From assembly GCF_009914755.1 (NCBI RefSeq), contig NC_060925.1: a stretch of 64,000 bases of DNA; one strand, 5' to 3'. This DNA comes from the human T2T-CHM13v2.0 reference genome, Homo sapiens. Of this stretch, positions 42,706 through 54,990 are shown piece after piece; the stretch's first letter is position 1, and each line of letters starts with the position of its first letter. The translations under genes and the position numbers were made by a program. The notes beneath the pieces were generated by a model. The model saw only the letters and a list, made by a program, of their open reading frames with translations. It was not told the origin of the DNA and did not search any database.

Positions 42706-44392
42706 CTAGCCTACCAAGGATTGTGAAGGAGGTGTCTAGGGGAAAAAACACCCTAGCCTCACCTCACGCTCTTCCCTCCCTCTGATCTCTGGCCAGCATT
42801 TCACATTAGCTGAACAGAGGGGCAAGGGAGCAGATAGGTATAGACCATACAGGTCAGCTTCCCCATGTACAGAGCAGATGGAAAAGGGTAGAGAGTGTTC
42901 TGGAGAAATGAATGGAGTATATCCATCAGGAACCCCAACACTCCCAAACATACAGCTTCCATGGTAAGTAATGCTGGGACATGAGACATGTGCCTAAAAG
43001 TGCAGGGGAAATTTTCTTTTCCCACCTCTGAATCTAAATGGCTGGGCAGCAGAACATATTGGAATCTATTGAGCCTGCCAGCCACATGGACAAAGGGCTG
43101 GATTTGAGCCTGCTAATGTGGCTGCACTTTTCTTAGAGGTCCTTCCAAGGCTATGCTCAGTGCAAGGGAGCAGGAGAGACCTGGCTGCATCCATGTGCAA
43201 AAACAAGACAAAACAAAAAGGGCCAAAAAATGTAGTCTGGTTTCTGACATGAAATGCACCCACACTTGCAACGTGGCTTAATATATGTCCTGGTTTCTGA
43301 TCAATCAGATTAACACCCTTCAGTCTCTTGTAGAAATGAGACTCCTTCTTCACAGTGAGATGAAGTGAAGTAATTCCTTTACTCAAGGGTAGAGATAATA
43401 TTAAAGCTGAGTTAGAATTTGCTTGGGGAGAGGTTAAACCTCTTTCTAAATGAGACTTTCTTCAGAATCCAAAGGGGAAGATCTCAAAAAGTAGGTCTGA
43501 GAACTGAAACCATCTACACCCACATAGCTTATTGTCTTCATTAACATGATTTTAACATTCCATTCTCTTTATCAGCATGACTTTACTATTCCAAGAAACT
43601 CTTGTCCGAGAAGATAAATGTTGCAAGCCCATTTAAAAGTGCTGAATTTTTCAACAGATAGCATCAAATGACTGCTACTCTTTAAGACTGCTTGGAACCC
43701 TTAGTTCCAAACCCCAGCTTCATTGTGTTCACCAGTCTCCAGCTATGGCATCACAATCCTTATCCAATTCAAATAAAGTCACCATGCTGAAGTCTCGCCT
43801 TAACCTAGACTTCAAAGCCCCATAAAGACCCTGACTTTACCCTCTCCACTCTCAGAGTCTACTAAGACTCCATCAAGACTCCAGCTTTGCCTTATCAACA
43901 GGTTGTTTTGGTGGTCTTTTTTAGGGAGCCAACATTCAACAAGTCCTTCCTAAGAGGTCGTCTCAGGGGTCCTCATCCAGTTCCTAACCTGGCTCCCCTG
44001 TCCCTTAAATACCTGTCTCATCTCTCAGGACTGGCAGGGGTTCCAGCAGCTGGAGCCAAGTTCCAATTTCAGTGGCACCAGCAGTACAATGACCCTTGTC
44101 TTTGGACTAGTTCCACTTAAAAGAACCTAGCCTTCCTAGCTCACTTTATCACGAGCTCAAAAATATACATCCAAGGACGTCCATTTTCACATCCTTACGT
44201 GAAATCCAGATGTGCATCACTCACTTCTCGCCCATATTAACACAAAAATTCAGCTTCTCTTTGTAGGTTCCAAAAGTAATTATATTCTCACTGAAAGTAT
44301 TAGTAAGCAAGGTAGTGTTTGCAATATGCAAGGTAGCATATCTCAGAGGGGAGAAGGAAGACTAAGTTTACATTCATTCAGTGTGCATCATT

Positions 44393-44736
44393 TTTTTTGT
44401 TTGTTTGTTTTGTTTTTTGTTGTTTGTTTGTTTGTTTGTTTTTTGAGACAGGGTCTTGCTCTGTCACCCAAGCTGGAGTGCAGTGGCATGATCATGGCTT
44501 CACTGCAGCCTTGAACTCCTGGGCTCAAGCAATCCTCTGGCCTTAGCCTCCCAAGGAGCTAGGACTACAGGCATGGGCCATCGTGACTGGGCTGATTTTT
44601 TAAAAATTATTTTTAGTAGAGATGAGATCTTGTTATGTTGCCCAGGTTGGTCTCAAACTCCTGAGCTCAAATAGTCTTCCCATTTCAGCCTCCCAAAGTG
44701 CTGAGATTACAGGCATGAGCCACCGTGCCCAGCCCG
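44393..44736 (-). mobile_element. AluJ-like element with (TTTG)n tail
   Basis: Reverse-complement Alu. Confidence 0.9.
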
Positions 44737-45357
44737 GTGTGCATCATTTAACTCAAAAGATCCCCCTTGGCCATGTTGCCCTCAAAGTGCTTCCTCTAAG
44801 CTTCCCCTCTTAATCTGACTTTGACCCCCCAGAGAATCCAGCCTCTAGCCTCCTTCTTCTCCCTCATAAATTTATTATGCACAGTTGATTCTGACTCTAG
44901 TTTGAGGCTATCCAGCAACATCTTTTTTAACAAAAATAGCCTCTTCCCACAAAGAAATTCCTTCACCAAATATTACATTTGTAGTAGCCAAGACAATTGA
45001 AAACAACCTTAATGTCTACCTATAGGGAAATGTTTAAATTATAGGAATTAAATTCAATATTATGAAATCACTGTGTCATGGTAACAAGGGATCAAGTCAA
45101 TTTATATGTACATCCATGGAAGGAATTCCAAGGCATACTGTTAAGTGTATAAAACAAGTTGCTTAAAAAGATGCATAATATAATTCCATTTATGTTAATA
45201 AGTTATACACACACACACACACTCATGGAATGAGGATGTGTGGATTCCATGTGAATGGAATGGGGAAGCTAACTAGCATAAGGCACTATTGTAAGACCTG
45301 AGAAAATTAGGAACAGCTCTCTTCCAAGGAATACACCTGTGATTCTCAAACTGGCAG

Positions 45358-45875
45358 TGTTGCAAGTTGAACCGTGTCCCCAAAAAAGACATATTAAGTC
45401 TCTAATCCCTAAAACCTCAGAACATGATTTTATGTGGAAATAGATCATTCCAGATATAATTACTTAGGTGAAGACAAGGTTGCACTGGATTCAGGTGAGC
45501 AACATGACTAGCATCATTTTAAGAAGAAGGCCACATAAAGGCAGAGACACACAGGGACAACACCTTGTGATGACAGAGGCAGAGATGCAAGTGATGCAGT
45601 TGCAGGCCAAAGGACACCAAGGCTTGAAAACCCCTATCAGGAAGCAAGAAGAGGCAAGGAAGCCCTCTCCCCTACAGGCTGCAGTAGAAGTGTGGCCCTG
45701 TCAACAACTTGATTTCAGTATTCTAGCCCCCAGGACTGTGGATCAATAAATTTCTATTGTTTCAAGCCACTGCGTTTGTGGTACTTTCTTTGGCAGCCTT
45801 TGGAACCTAATAGAGGAAGTACTTTCTTTGGCAGCCCTAGGAACCTAATCCCTGTATTAGGGATCCCTAATACAG
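45358..45875 (+). mobile_element. MLT1C-like LTR with a rearranged 3' end
   Basis: TGTTGCAAGTTGAACCGTGTCCCC start; terminal GGCAGCCCTAGGAACCTAAT(ACA) is duplicated. Confidence 0.8.
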
Positions 45876-46334
45876 GGATATGTACCCCTTGCCCTGCTTC
45901 TCTTGGTGGCCCAAGATTATGATGTTATCATAATGTTATGATTATAATATTACCATAATCTTGGGCCACAAAGAGAAGCAAGGCAAGGGATACACATTCC
46001 TTGACCCAGAATTTTACTTCCAGGAATCCTGACATACAAATGTGATCTAATTAAAACAGAATCAAGTCATACCTCCATCAAAACCCATAATTATCCCATT
46101 CATTCTGAGTAAAGGCCAAAGTCCTTACAGAGACCTAAAAATCTTACATGATCTCGGTCCTCATTGGCTCTGAGACGGCATCTCCTTCTCTTCTCCCCTC
46201 ATTGCTCAAGCACTCCAAGAGGCCTCGCTTGGCCTCCTATCTATTCCAGAGCATGCAAAATATGTTTCTACTTCTCTATACCACATGGCCAGCTGCCTTA
46301 CTTCCTTCAGATTCATTCAAAAAGTTGCCTTTTC

Positions 46335-47512
<1,178 letters not shown>

Positions 47513-47585
47513 TTTTTAGGTTGCCTTTTCAATGAAGCATTCCTTAGCCACCCTAAATAAAATTTCAAACCCACCCTGAAATGTT

Positions 47586-47884
47586 CTTTTTGTTTTGTTT
47601 TTTTGAGACAGGGTCTCTCTCTGTCACCCAGGCTGGAGTGCCAAGGCATGACACAGTTCACTCTAACCTCTACCTCCCGAGCTCAAGCAATCCTCCCACC
47701 TCAGCCTCCAGAGAGATGGGACCACAGGCATGTGCCACCATGCCTGGCTAATTTTTGTATTTTTTGTAGAGACGGGGTTTTGCCATGTTGCCCAGATTGT
47801 TCTCAAACTCGTAAACTCAAGATATCTACCCGCCTTGGCCTCCCAAAGAGCCGGGATTACAGGGATGAGCCACCATGCCAGGCC
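47586..47884 (-). mobile_element. AluJ-like element
   Basis: Reverse-complement Alu. Confidence 0.9.
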
Positions 47885-47979
47885 TGCCCTGAAATTTTAT
47901 GTCTGCCTTCCCTGCTTGTTTTTTCTCCTTAGTACTTATTATTATCTATATTGTTGGTCATTTATCTTGTTTATTATCT

Positions 47980-48597
47980 GTCCTTGTCCCAGTTACTATG
48001 GTGACATAACAAATCATCCCAAAACTCAGTGGCTTAAAACATAAAATGACATTCGCTTCGCTTGCAAATCTGTAGTCTGAGCAGGCTCAGCAGGGATAGT
48101 TAATTTCTGCTCCACTCAGCAAGATTGGGTGGCTCAAAGGTCAGGAACTAGAATCACCTAAAAGCGTGATTGTGCCTGCCCTGGGAAGACATGAACAGCT
48201 GGACTCTGAAACAGGTAGGGCACTTTAGGTGCCTGGCTCCTTGGGCACCTGGAGCTAAGCAGGGAGGGCACAGCAGGAGTCTCTCTCATCTTTGTGTGAT
48301 CTCTCCACATGGTCACTTGGAATGGCAGCTTTAGGGTTGCCAGACTGCTTGGAGGACTTGAGATCTCCAAAGGCAAGTGTCCCAAGAGAAAGAGCCAGGC
48401 AGAAGCTATATTGCCTTTCAGGACTGACCATACACTTTTGGTCGAAGCACTTCTGAAGATGCACCTCATTTCAAGGAAAAGGAATACAGACCCCACCTGT
48501 TGATGGAGGACTGTCATTGTCACATTGTAAGAAGAGCATGTGGGATGGATGGGCTAAAAATTGCTGCAGCCATCTTTAGAAAGTACCATCTGCCACA
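47980..48597 (-). mobile_element. MLT1 (F/G-like) LTR
   Basis: ATAACAAATCATCCCAAAACTCAGTGGCTTAAAAC start and GCAGCCATCTTTAGAAAGTACCATCTGCCACA end. Confidence 0.7.
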
Positions 48598-49141
48598 TTC
48601 CCCCTGCTAGAATGTTGGTTTCATGAGGACAGGAGTTTTTTCTGTTTAGTTCAGTGTGCCCCCAGCACCTAGAGGAGCACCTGGCACATACGTGTGGGCC
48701 AGAGAAGATCATGAGGTATCTAGATGCAAGTGATAAACTGTTGTACCAGACCCAGAATCAGGAGCTTCTGAGGGTCACATAAACACAGGAAGAAGGCAGG
48801 TTTGCAGGAGCCAAGGCCCTGCAGATTGTCAAGAGGACAGGAGTGGGAGGGCTGATTAGGAGGTGAGGAAATGAGTACAGAGACAGAAACATGGTCAGGT
48901 GACAAATTGATAGCCAAAGTCAAGTTAAAATTAGTTTTTGCCTTTAGTCTGAACATGTAAGAGTTCTTCTTAGGCCCAAAGATATTGTAAGGTTTCAGCC
49001 CGTGTTCAGGATAAAGCAGCCTTTCTCTGATTCTGCTAATTTTGGGCTTATTCACCCCTCCATAGCATTAGGGGAGCAGAAGATATGAAAACTAATAGCC
49101 AGTATCTATGAGTTAATATTAAACGAAAACTTTGGTCTTTT

Positions 49142-49360
49142 CCAGGGCTGTGCTGACAAATGTTTAACAACTAACTCTCCAGAAAAAGAAGAAACAAAGC
49201 CTTAATTCGCTGATTTGTAGCATTTGCCTGTATCTATGATGTAAAGACTCTTACTGTGGCCAACTTCGAGTCACCAACAGGACATCACGGCATGTGGATT
49301 GGGAAGAGATGGACACCCCCGGCTCTCTCAAGCCTGTGTACTGGCTCCAGCACATCATCA
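49142..49360 (+). mobile_element. MER63A-like element
   Basis: GTGCTGACAAATGTTTAACAAC..GGGAAGAGATG..GGCTCCAGCACATCA. Confidence 0.7.
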
Positions 49361-50910
49361 TGACTTTCACTTTCCACATTCCTGACAGAATTCGTTATTC
49401 TTAAGGAGACAGTTCACTCTCTCCTCCTCCAGGACTTGAAATCAAACTCTGATAACATGAGTCAAATTGGCGTTTTCTGTTTTTTGTTGTTTTTTTTTTC
49501 TGTCAGCAAGCGTGGCCAAGCTGACTAGCAGTGACAAGATATCTACATTCTATAATACAATTGCCAGGGAAGGAGAGGCAGCAAGGGCTCCTGAAGACAT
49601 GGGATGCTCACACTCTTCCATTCTAAGGGCATCAGCATCCTGCATGAAGTCAACAGCCTTGACCAAGGTGTCAGTGAGACCTGCAGTCATGACTTTCAAG
49701 TTTGTTAGCACTGCATTCCCCTGGGAGTAACAGAAAATCCAACTGTCTGACAGTGGCTGGCTGAATCAGGCAGAGACTTATTTTCCTCTCCTAACAAAAA
49801 GTCTGGGTGGAGCTGACTAGGGCCTTCGGGGACCTGGGCTCCTTCTGTCTTTCCACTCAGCTCTCCATCCTCCTCCTTGTTGCTGGATGTTCACAAGACA
49901 GTGGCCCCACCCTCAGCATCACTCAGTGTTTCTGGCAAGAGAAGGAGGAAGGTGAAGGGTACAGGATGCACACCAGCTGACTCTGACCCCTGATAATGAG
50001 CACACTGGGAGGCCCCATCCAAAGACTTCAGCTTACATCTCACGGCCCACAGCCATGGCATGTGGCCACTGTTCCCTTCAGGGGAGGCTGAGAAATGGAG
50101 CTTTCAACTGGGCACATTGCCACGCCAAACAAAACTGTGGTTCTATTCAGCAACCAATAGTGTTTGTCATAAGTATAAATCACCAGAGAAGCAGGGAGAT
50201 ACAGTCAGAGCAGAAGGACACAGGTCTGAAGACATCAGCCTCCTAAGCATGCTGACAGCATCCACTCACACTGACCATTTGCAAGGTACTACTTGGACAC
50301 CACAGTTCTACCTATGCTGGAGGAAATCCTAGGCCTCCCACATCTGCAAATTTCCCTTTGACAAATTGTGATTCCCTCTCTTCAGTAAAGAATGTCATGA
50401 AAAGGCCTAGATATCAGTAGGAGGGAGCCCTGAGGAGGTAACCTCAGAGGAGGAGCACACATTGGCACAGGGGACAGACATCCAAGTTGCTCTTCCAGAC
50501 ATCTCCTTCTCAAGGATAGTTAAGTCCCCCCTCACCAACAAGTCCCTCTCAAGAGCTGCTGTGCTACTATTCTCCACACTGACAGGACCTTTCTCCTTGG
50601 CTGGACCACTCTGGGCCAGCATGTGAAACCCACCCCAGAGCACAGTCCACGGCAAACTTCAAAGGATGACTGGATCAAAGACTCTCTAGAGGAGGGTTCT
50701 CCAAAGCTTTTGATCGCATACTTCATTATTAAAACATGATTACACTTGGGGAATTCAAAAGATCCCCAAGATGGAAAAAAATGATTAAGCATATGTGCTT
50801 CTAATAGATATATAGTTACTATTTATTTAATATATGCATATAATATTTGCTAGCATAAAACATAGGCAGAAATTGAAATCTTAAAAGGACAAGCTAAAAA
50901 TAAATAGAGA

Positions 50911-52760
50911 GATGCGGCTGGCAGACGCGTAGTGTGGGCACACACAACTGTCCCATGTGAGGCTCATGGTAGATGAGGCCCTAGTAGATGGGCCATGGGC
51001 CCAGGTAGATGAGGCCTGGAGCCTGGCTGGCCGGGCCATGCTGCTGGAGGTGCAGGGCACACCCGTTCGTGGTGTTAGGGCTGGCATGCCAAGTGCACTG
51101 CGGTTGTCCACCAACTCCTTCCTGGTTTCCCTGATGTGGCCGTGGGGCTGTTCGCCTTCCCCTTTGCCATCATCATCAGCCTGGGTTCTGCACTGACTTC
51201 CACAGCCACCTCTTTCTTGCCTGCTTCATGCTTGTGCTCACACAGAGCTCCATCTTCAGCCTCCTGTCCATGGCCATCAACAGGTACCTGGCCAGCCACA
51301 GTCGGCTCAGGCATAAAAGTTTAGTCACTGGGACCCAAACAAGAGGGGTTACTGCTGTCCTCTGGGTCCTTGCCTTTGGCACTGGACTGACCCCATTCCT
51401 GGAGTGGAACAGTAAAGACAGTACCTCTAATAACTGCATGGAGCCCTGGGATGGAACCATGAATGAAAGCTGCTGCCTTGTGAAGTGTCTCTTTCAGAAT
51501 GCGGTACCCATGAGTTACATGGTATATTTCAGTTTTGGGGGGTAAGTCCTGCCCCCACTGCTCGTAATGTGGCTGATCTCCATCAAGTTCTTCACAGTGA
51601 CTGCAGGCAGCTTTAGTACACGGAGCTGATGGACCACTCAAGGACCACCCTCCAGTGGGAGATATACACAGCCAAGTCGCTGGCTGTGATGGTGGGGATG
51701 TTTGCTCTGTGCTCGCTACCAGTGCGCACCATGGACTGTGTCACTCTTTTTCAGCTAGCTCAGGCTAAAGATAAGCCCAAGTGGGCAAGGAAGATGACCA
51801 TTCTCTTGTCACATGCAAATTTGATTGTCAATCCCATTGTCTATAACCACTGGAACAGAGAATCCTGCTATACTTTTCATAAAATTATTTACAGGTATGT
51901 TCACTGCTGGATTGAACTCAATAATGGGAATGAGCAGGTCAGGGCACAGCCTGTTCTCAGTGTGGCCTGTGAAGCAGGCTCTGGTCTCTTTGAGGAGAAG
52001 ACATAAATACATAATAAACAATGGGACAGGACGTGACTGGCTGATTCTCATTGTGAAAGATAGCTATACTTCCCAAGCACATGGGCTGCCTCTTTTGAGC
52101 ACTCCCCTGGAGCTACCATATATCTAGGTAATATATACCTGTTATTAGTAGGCTCCAAGGGTTGACAAATATATTTATGGTTCTATTTGGCTGCTCTTAC
52201 TGTGTTGATGATGCTGACAGCTTGAATGGATTCTAAAAGCATGTTTTGTTTTGTTTTAGAGTCTGCCTCCTTTATGGTCGAAAATGACAAACTATTTTAC
52301 TCTGAAACACTGTGAACTATTATAAAGCAAATATGTTTTAACTTAGAGGCAATGAAACAATAAAAGTTGCCTGTACTAAAAATGTGTATTTGTTTCTAAG
52401 AAGGCAGCCAGGAAAATTAAAAGTATAATTCTTCAATCAAGAAACTGCCACATTAATTTGAGGAAATGATAGTCTCCTAAGTTCTTAAGTAGAATTGTCA
52501 ACACGTAATAATTTTAAGCTCCGTTCTTTTCCATATACAGAAAACTACCTGAGGGGAAGAAATTGGAAGGATGAGATCCGTCTTCTACCAAATTCCCCTT
52601 TCCAGAGCTAGGGAGTGAATTTCGCTTCTCTCCAGCGTTCAAGTTTGGCCAAGTTCTTGGAACCTAAAACATGAACTTTTCACTAAGCAAAATTATATAA
52701 CTATGTGTACATATTAGGTGAAATAAAAATAAAACATTTTAAAAATTAAATTAAATTAAT
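50911..52760 (+). pseudogene. ADORA2BP1: Processed pseudogene of adenosine A2B receptor (former CDS about 51038-51972 plus UTR remnants)
   Basis: ATGCTGCTGGAG start at 51038. Frame pieces [60 protein letters not shown] and KPKWA..LLSHAN..VNPIVY match ADORA2B. The parent exon junction (CTCAG/GxATAAAAG, about 51310) is uninterrupted. It carries deletions in TM1/TM2, frameshifts and an in-frame TAA at 51543. Confidence 0.93.
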
Positions 52761-53119
52761 TAAATAGAAATTCCAATATTCTGCCCATCCTAGCAGTTCT
52801 CCTGCACGTCCCCTTTTGGAGGCTATGGCTCTAAAGTTGTATTAGAGAAAGAAGTCAGCATATGTTATGCTTTTAATTAGTCCTTTGGGACGTGAGTTAT
52901 GGGACAAACCTTCCCTTGGCTTAGGGTGAGCTCCAGTAAGTCAGATACAGAAAGAAAAATATTGCATTATCTCACTTAAAAAAAAAAAAGAAAAACTTGA
53001 ATATATAGAAACAGAGAGTAGAAAGGTGGTTGGGGTACAGGGATGATGGGGAGACAGCGGTCAAAGGGCACAAAGTTTCAGTTATGTAAAATAAATAAGC
53101 CTAGAGATCTAATGTACAA

Positions 53120-53650
53120 TATAGGGGCAGCAAAACTCCACCTCCATTCTCAGAGAGTCCTGGCTGAGCCCAAGAATTAAACTGATATAAGACAGATTAA
53201 CAGAAGACAAGCAAACAAATTTATTTAATAGAAATTTTGCATGGCACAGGAGAACCTCATAAGGAAATAAAGACCCAAAGAAGCAGTTAGAGTCAGTTAC
53301 AAACTCAGTATACTGAATTTGACAAAGAATAGCACACTGTGAAATGTGATAAGGCAAGTGGCTTGGGCTAGGGTATTTAATTGGGTAGAGATGCAACTAG
53401 GAAGATAAGGGTTAGTTTAACAAGGTTTGTTTGTACAGATTTCTCTTGGCTTCAGCTTCTCATCCTTGATGATAAGACTGTTCCTTTTTTTTTCCTACTA
53501 CAGGGAGGATGTCTTTCCCATGAGAATGTCATCTGCTTTTAAGAAACAGCTCAAAGGTCAGAGTGATCTTCTTGCACTTGCTGTTTTTTAAGTGCCCTTA
53601 ACTCAAATAGTCAATATGCCAGAATGGCATATCTTTAACTCCTGAAACAT
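53120..53650 (-). mobile_element. ERV1-type LTR (MER67-like) inside an old L1 3' end
   Basis: AGACAGATTAACAGAAGA..AAATTTATT..AAGACCCAAAGAAGCAGTTAG pattern; L1 text resumes after 53650. Confidence 0.55.
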
Positions 53651-53805
53651 CACGAGGACTATAGTTAATAGTATTGCATCATATACTGGAAATAACAGAG
53701 TAGATTTTACGTACTTTTACCACAATAAAAAAAAAAGGTGACTATGTGAGATGATGAATATGTTAACTTGCTTGACTGTAGCCATTATTTCACTATGTAA
53801 ATGTA

Positions 53806-54151
53806 CAGTCATGCATGGCTTAACAACGGGGATAAGACCGGAGAAATGCATCACAGTTGACTCCATCATTGTTCCAACATCATAGAGTGTATTTACACAT
53901 ACCTAGCTGATAGAACCTACCACACACCTAGGCTGCATGGTATACCTTCCGCTCCTCGGCTACAAACCTGTGCAACATGTTACCATACTGAATACTGCAG
54001 GCAATTGTAACACAATGGCAAATATTTGTGTATCTAAACATATCTAAGCATAGAAAATGTAGAGTAAAAATACAATATTATAATCTTATAGGACCACTAT
54101 CGTATATACGGTCCATCATTGACCAAAACATCATTATGCTATGCATGACTG
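53806..54151 (+). mobile_element. Tigger3a-like DNA transposon
   Basis: Terminal inverted repeats CAGTCATGC...GCATGACTG and typical internal text. Confidence 0.8.
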
Positions 54152-54359
54152 CATATCAAAAAATCAATTTTTAAAAGATGGAAAAGTACCAGATGAGCAC
54201 TGGCTGATTTGGGGAGGCTTTCTGGGAAGGATGATAGGAAACAGCAACCCTAGGGGAGGACACATTGGTACACCGCATAACCTGGAATCAGAGGGTGGAA
54301 ACTGGGGACTGGCCCAAAAGACCCTTAACAATGAGGGGCTGAGGCCCAAGGGACACAAT

Positions 54360-54990
54360 GACAGAGCGTTCGAGCATCTCTCTGCTGAGCGACTCGCTGC
54401 CCCGGGACCGCTGGGGTGGTGTGCGTCAGGGGCTCCCTCACACCGTCCTTGAACAGTACCGTGGACCACAAAAGAGCAAGGCTGTCCTAAGGAAAGACTT
54501 TGCCTCTTCGCCGGCCTCCCTTTGGGCCGTCAGGGTGGCAGCGCCACCCCGTGGCTGAATGTGGTGGTGTACCACGCTTCACGCAATCTCCTTGCCCAGT
54601 GCGTATCAGGTTCTACCCCAGGGCGGCCACCACCTGCACACCAGCGTGCCTACCAGTGAGTCATCGCTTAGGGCCCTGAACTGACCTAGAGGCGGGGCTG
54701 GACTCCGGCGTCCGGTAACTCCGCCCGGCTGCTGGGGCCTACGTTTGGCATTGAGCCGTGGGGAACTAGACCTGTTCAATAGCGACAGCTAGTGGTCACC
54801 CTCAAAAACAAGGTGCTCTGAACCTCGCGGGGAAAGCGCTGTCAAGATATGGGAAAATCAGGACAGATGATTGGCCTTGAGTGGAAGCTGGCACATTTTC
54901 GAAGCCACTCTTGGGTAAAATGGTCTGTCGAAAACCCAAACGCTTTAAAGTGATGTACAACGACCTTGGCTGCCTCTCCAGCCACATCTC
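54360..54990. promoter_or_regulatory. Orphan CpG-rich element with CTCF-like, GC-box and AP-1 motifs
   Basis: About 32 CpGs counted by eye in 54361-54840, against a CpG-poor background. CTCF-like GCGCCACCCCGTGG at 54541-54554 and AGCGACAGCTAGTGGTCA at 54781-54798; GGCGGGGC at 54691; TGAGTCA at 54657-54663. Confidence 0.7.

Noticed and set aside
51228-52006. 105-aa and 125-aa GPCR-like ORFs as a functional receptor
   Set aside because: They are fragments of the ADORA2B retrocopy separated by a stop and frameshifts. TM1 is largely deleted, DRY has become NRY and the TM6 CWLP motif has become CSLP.
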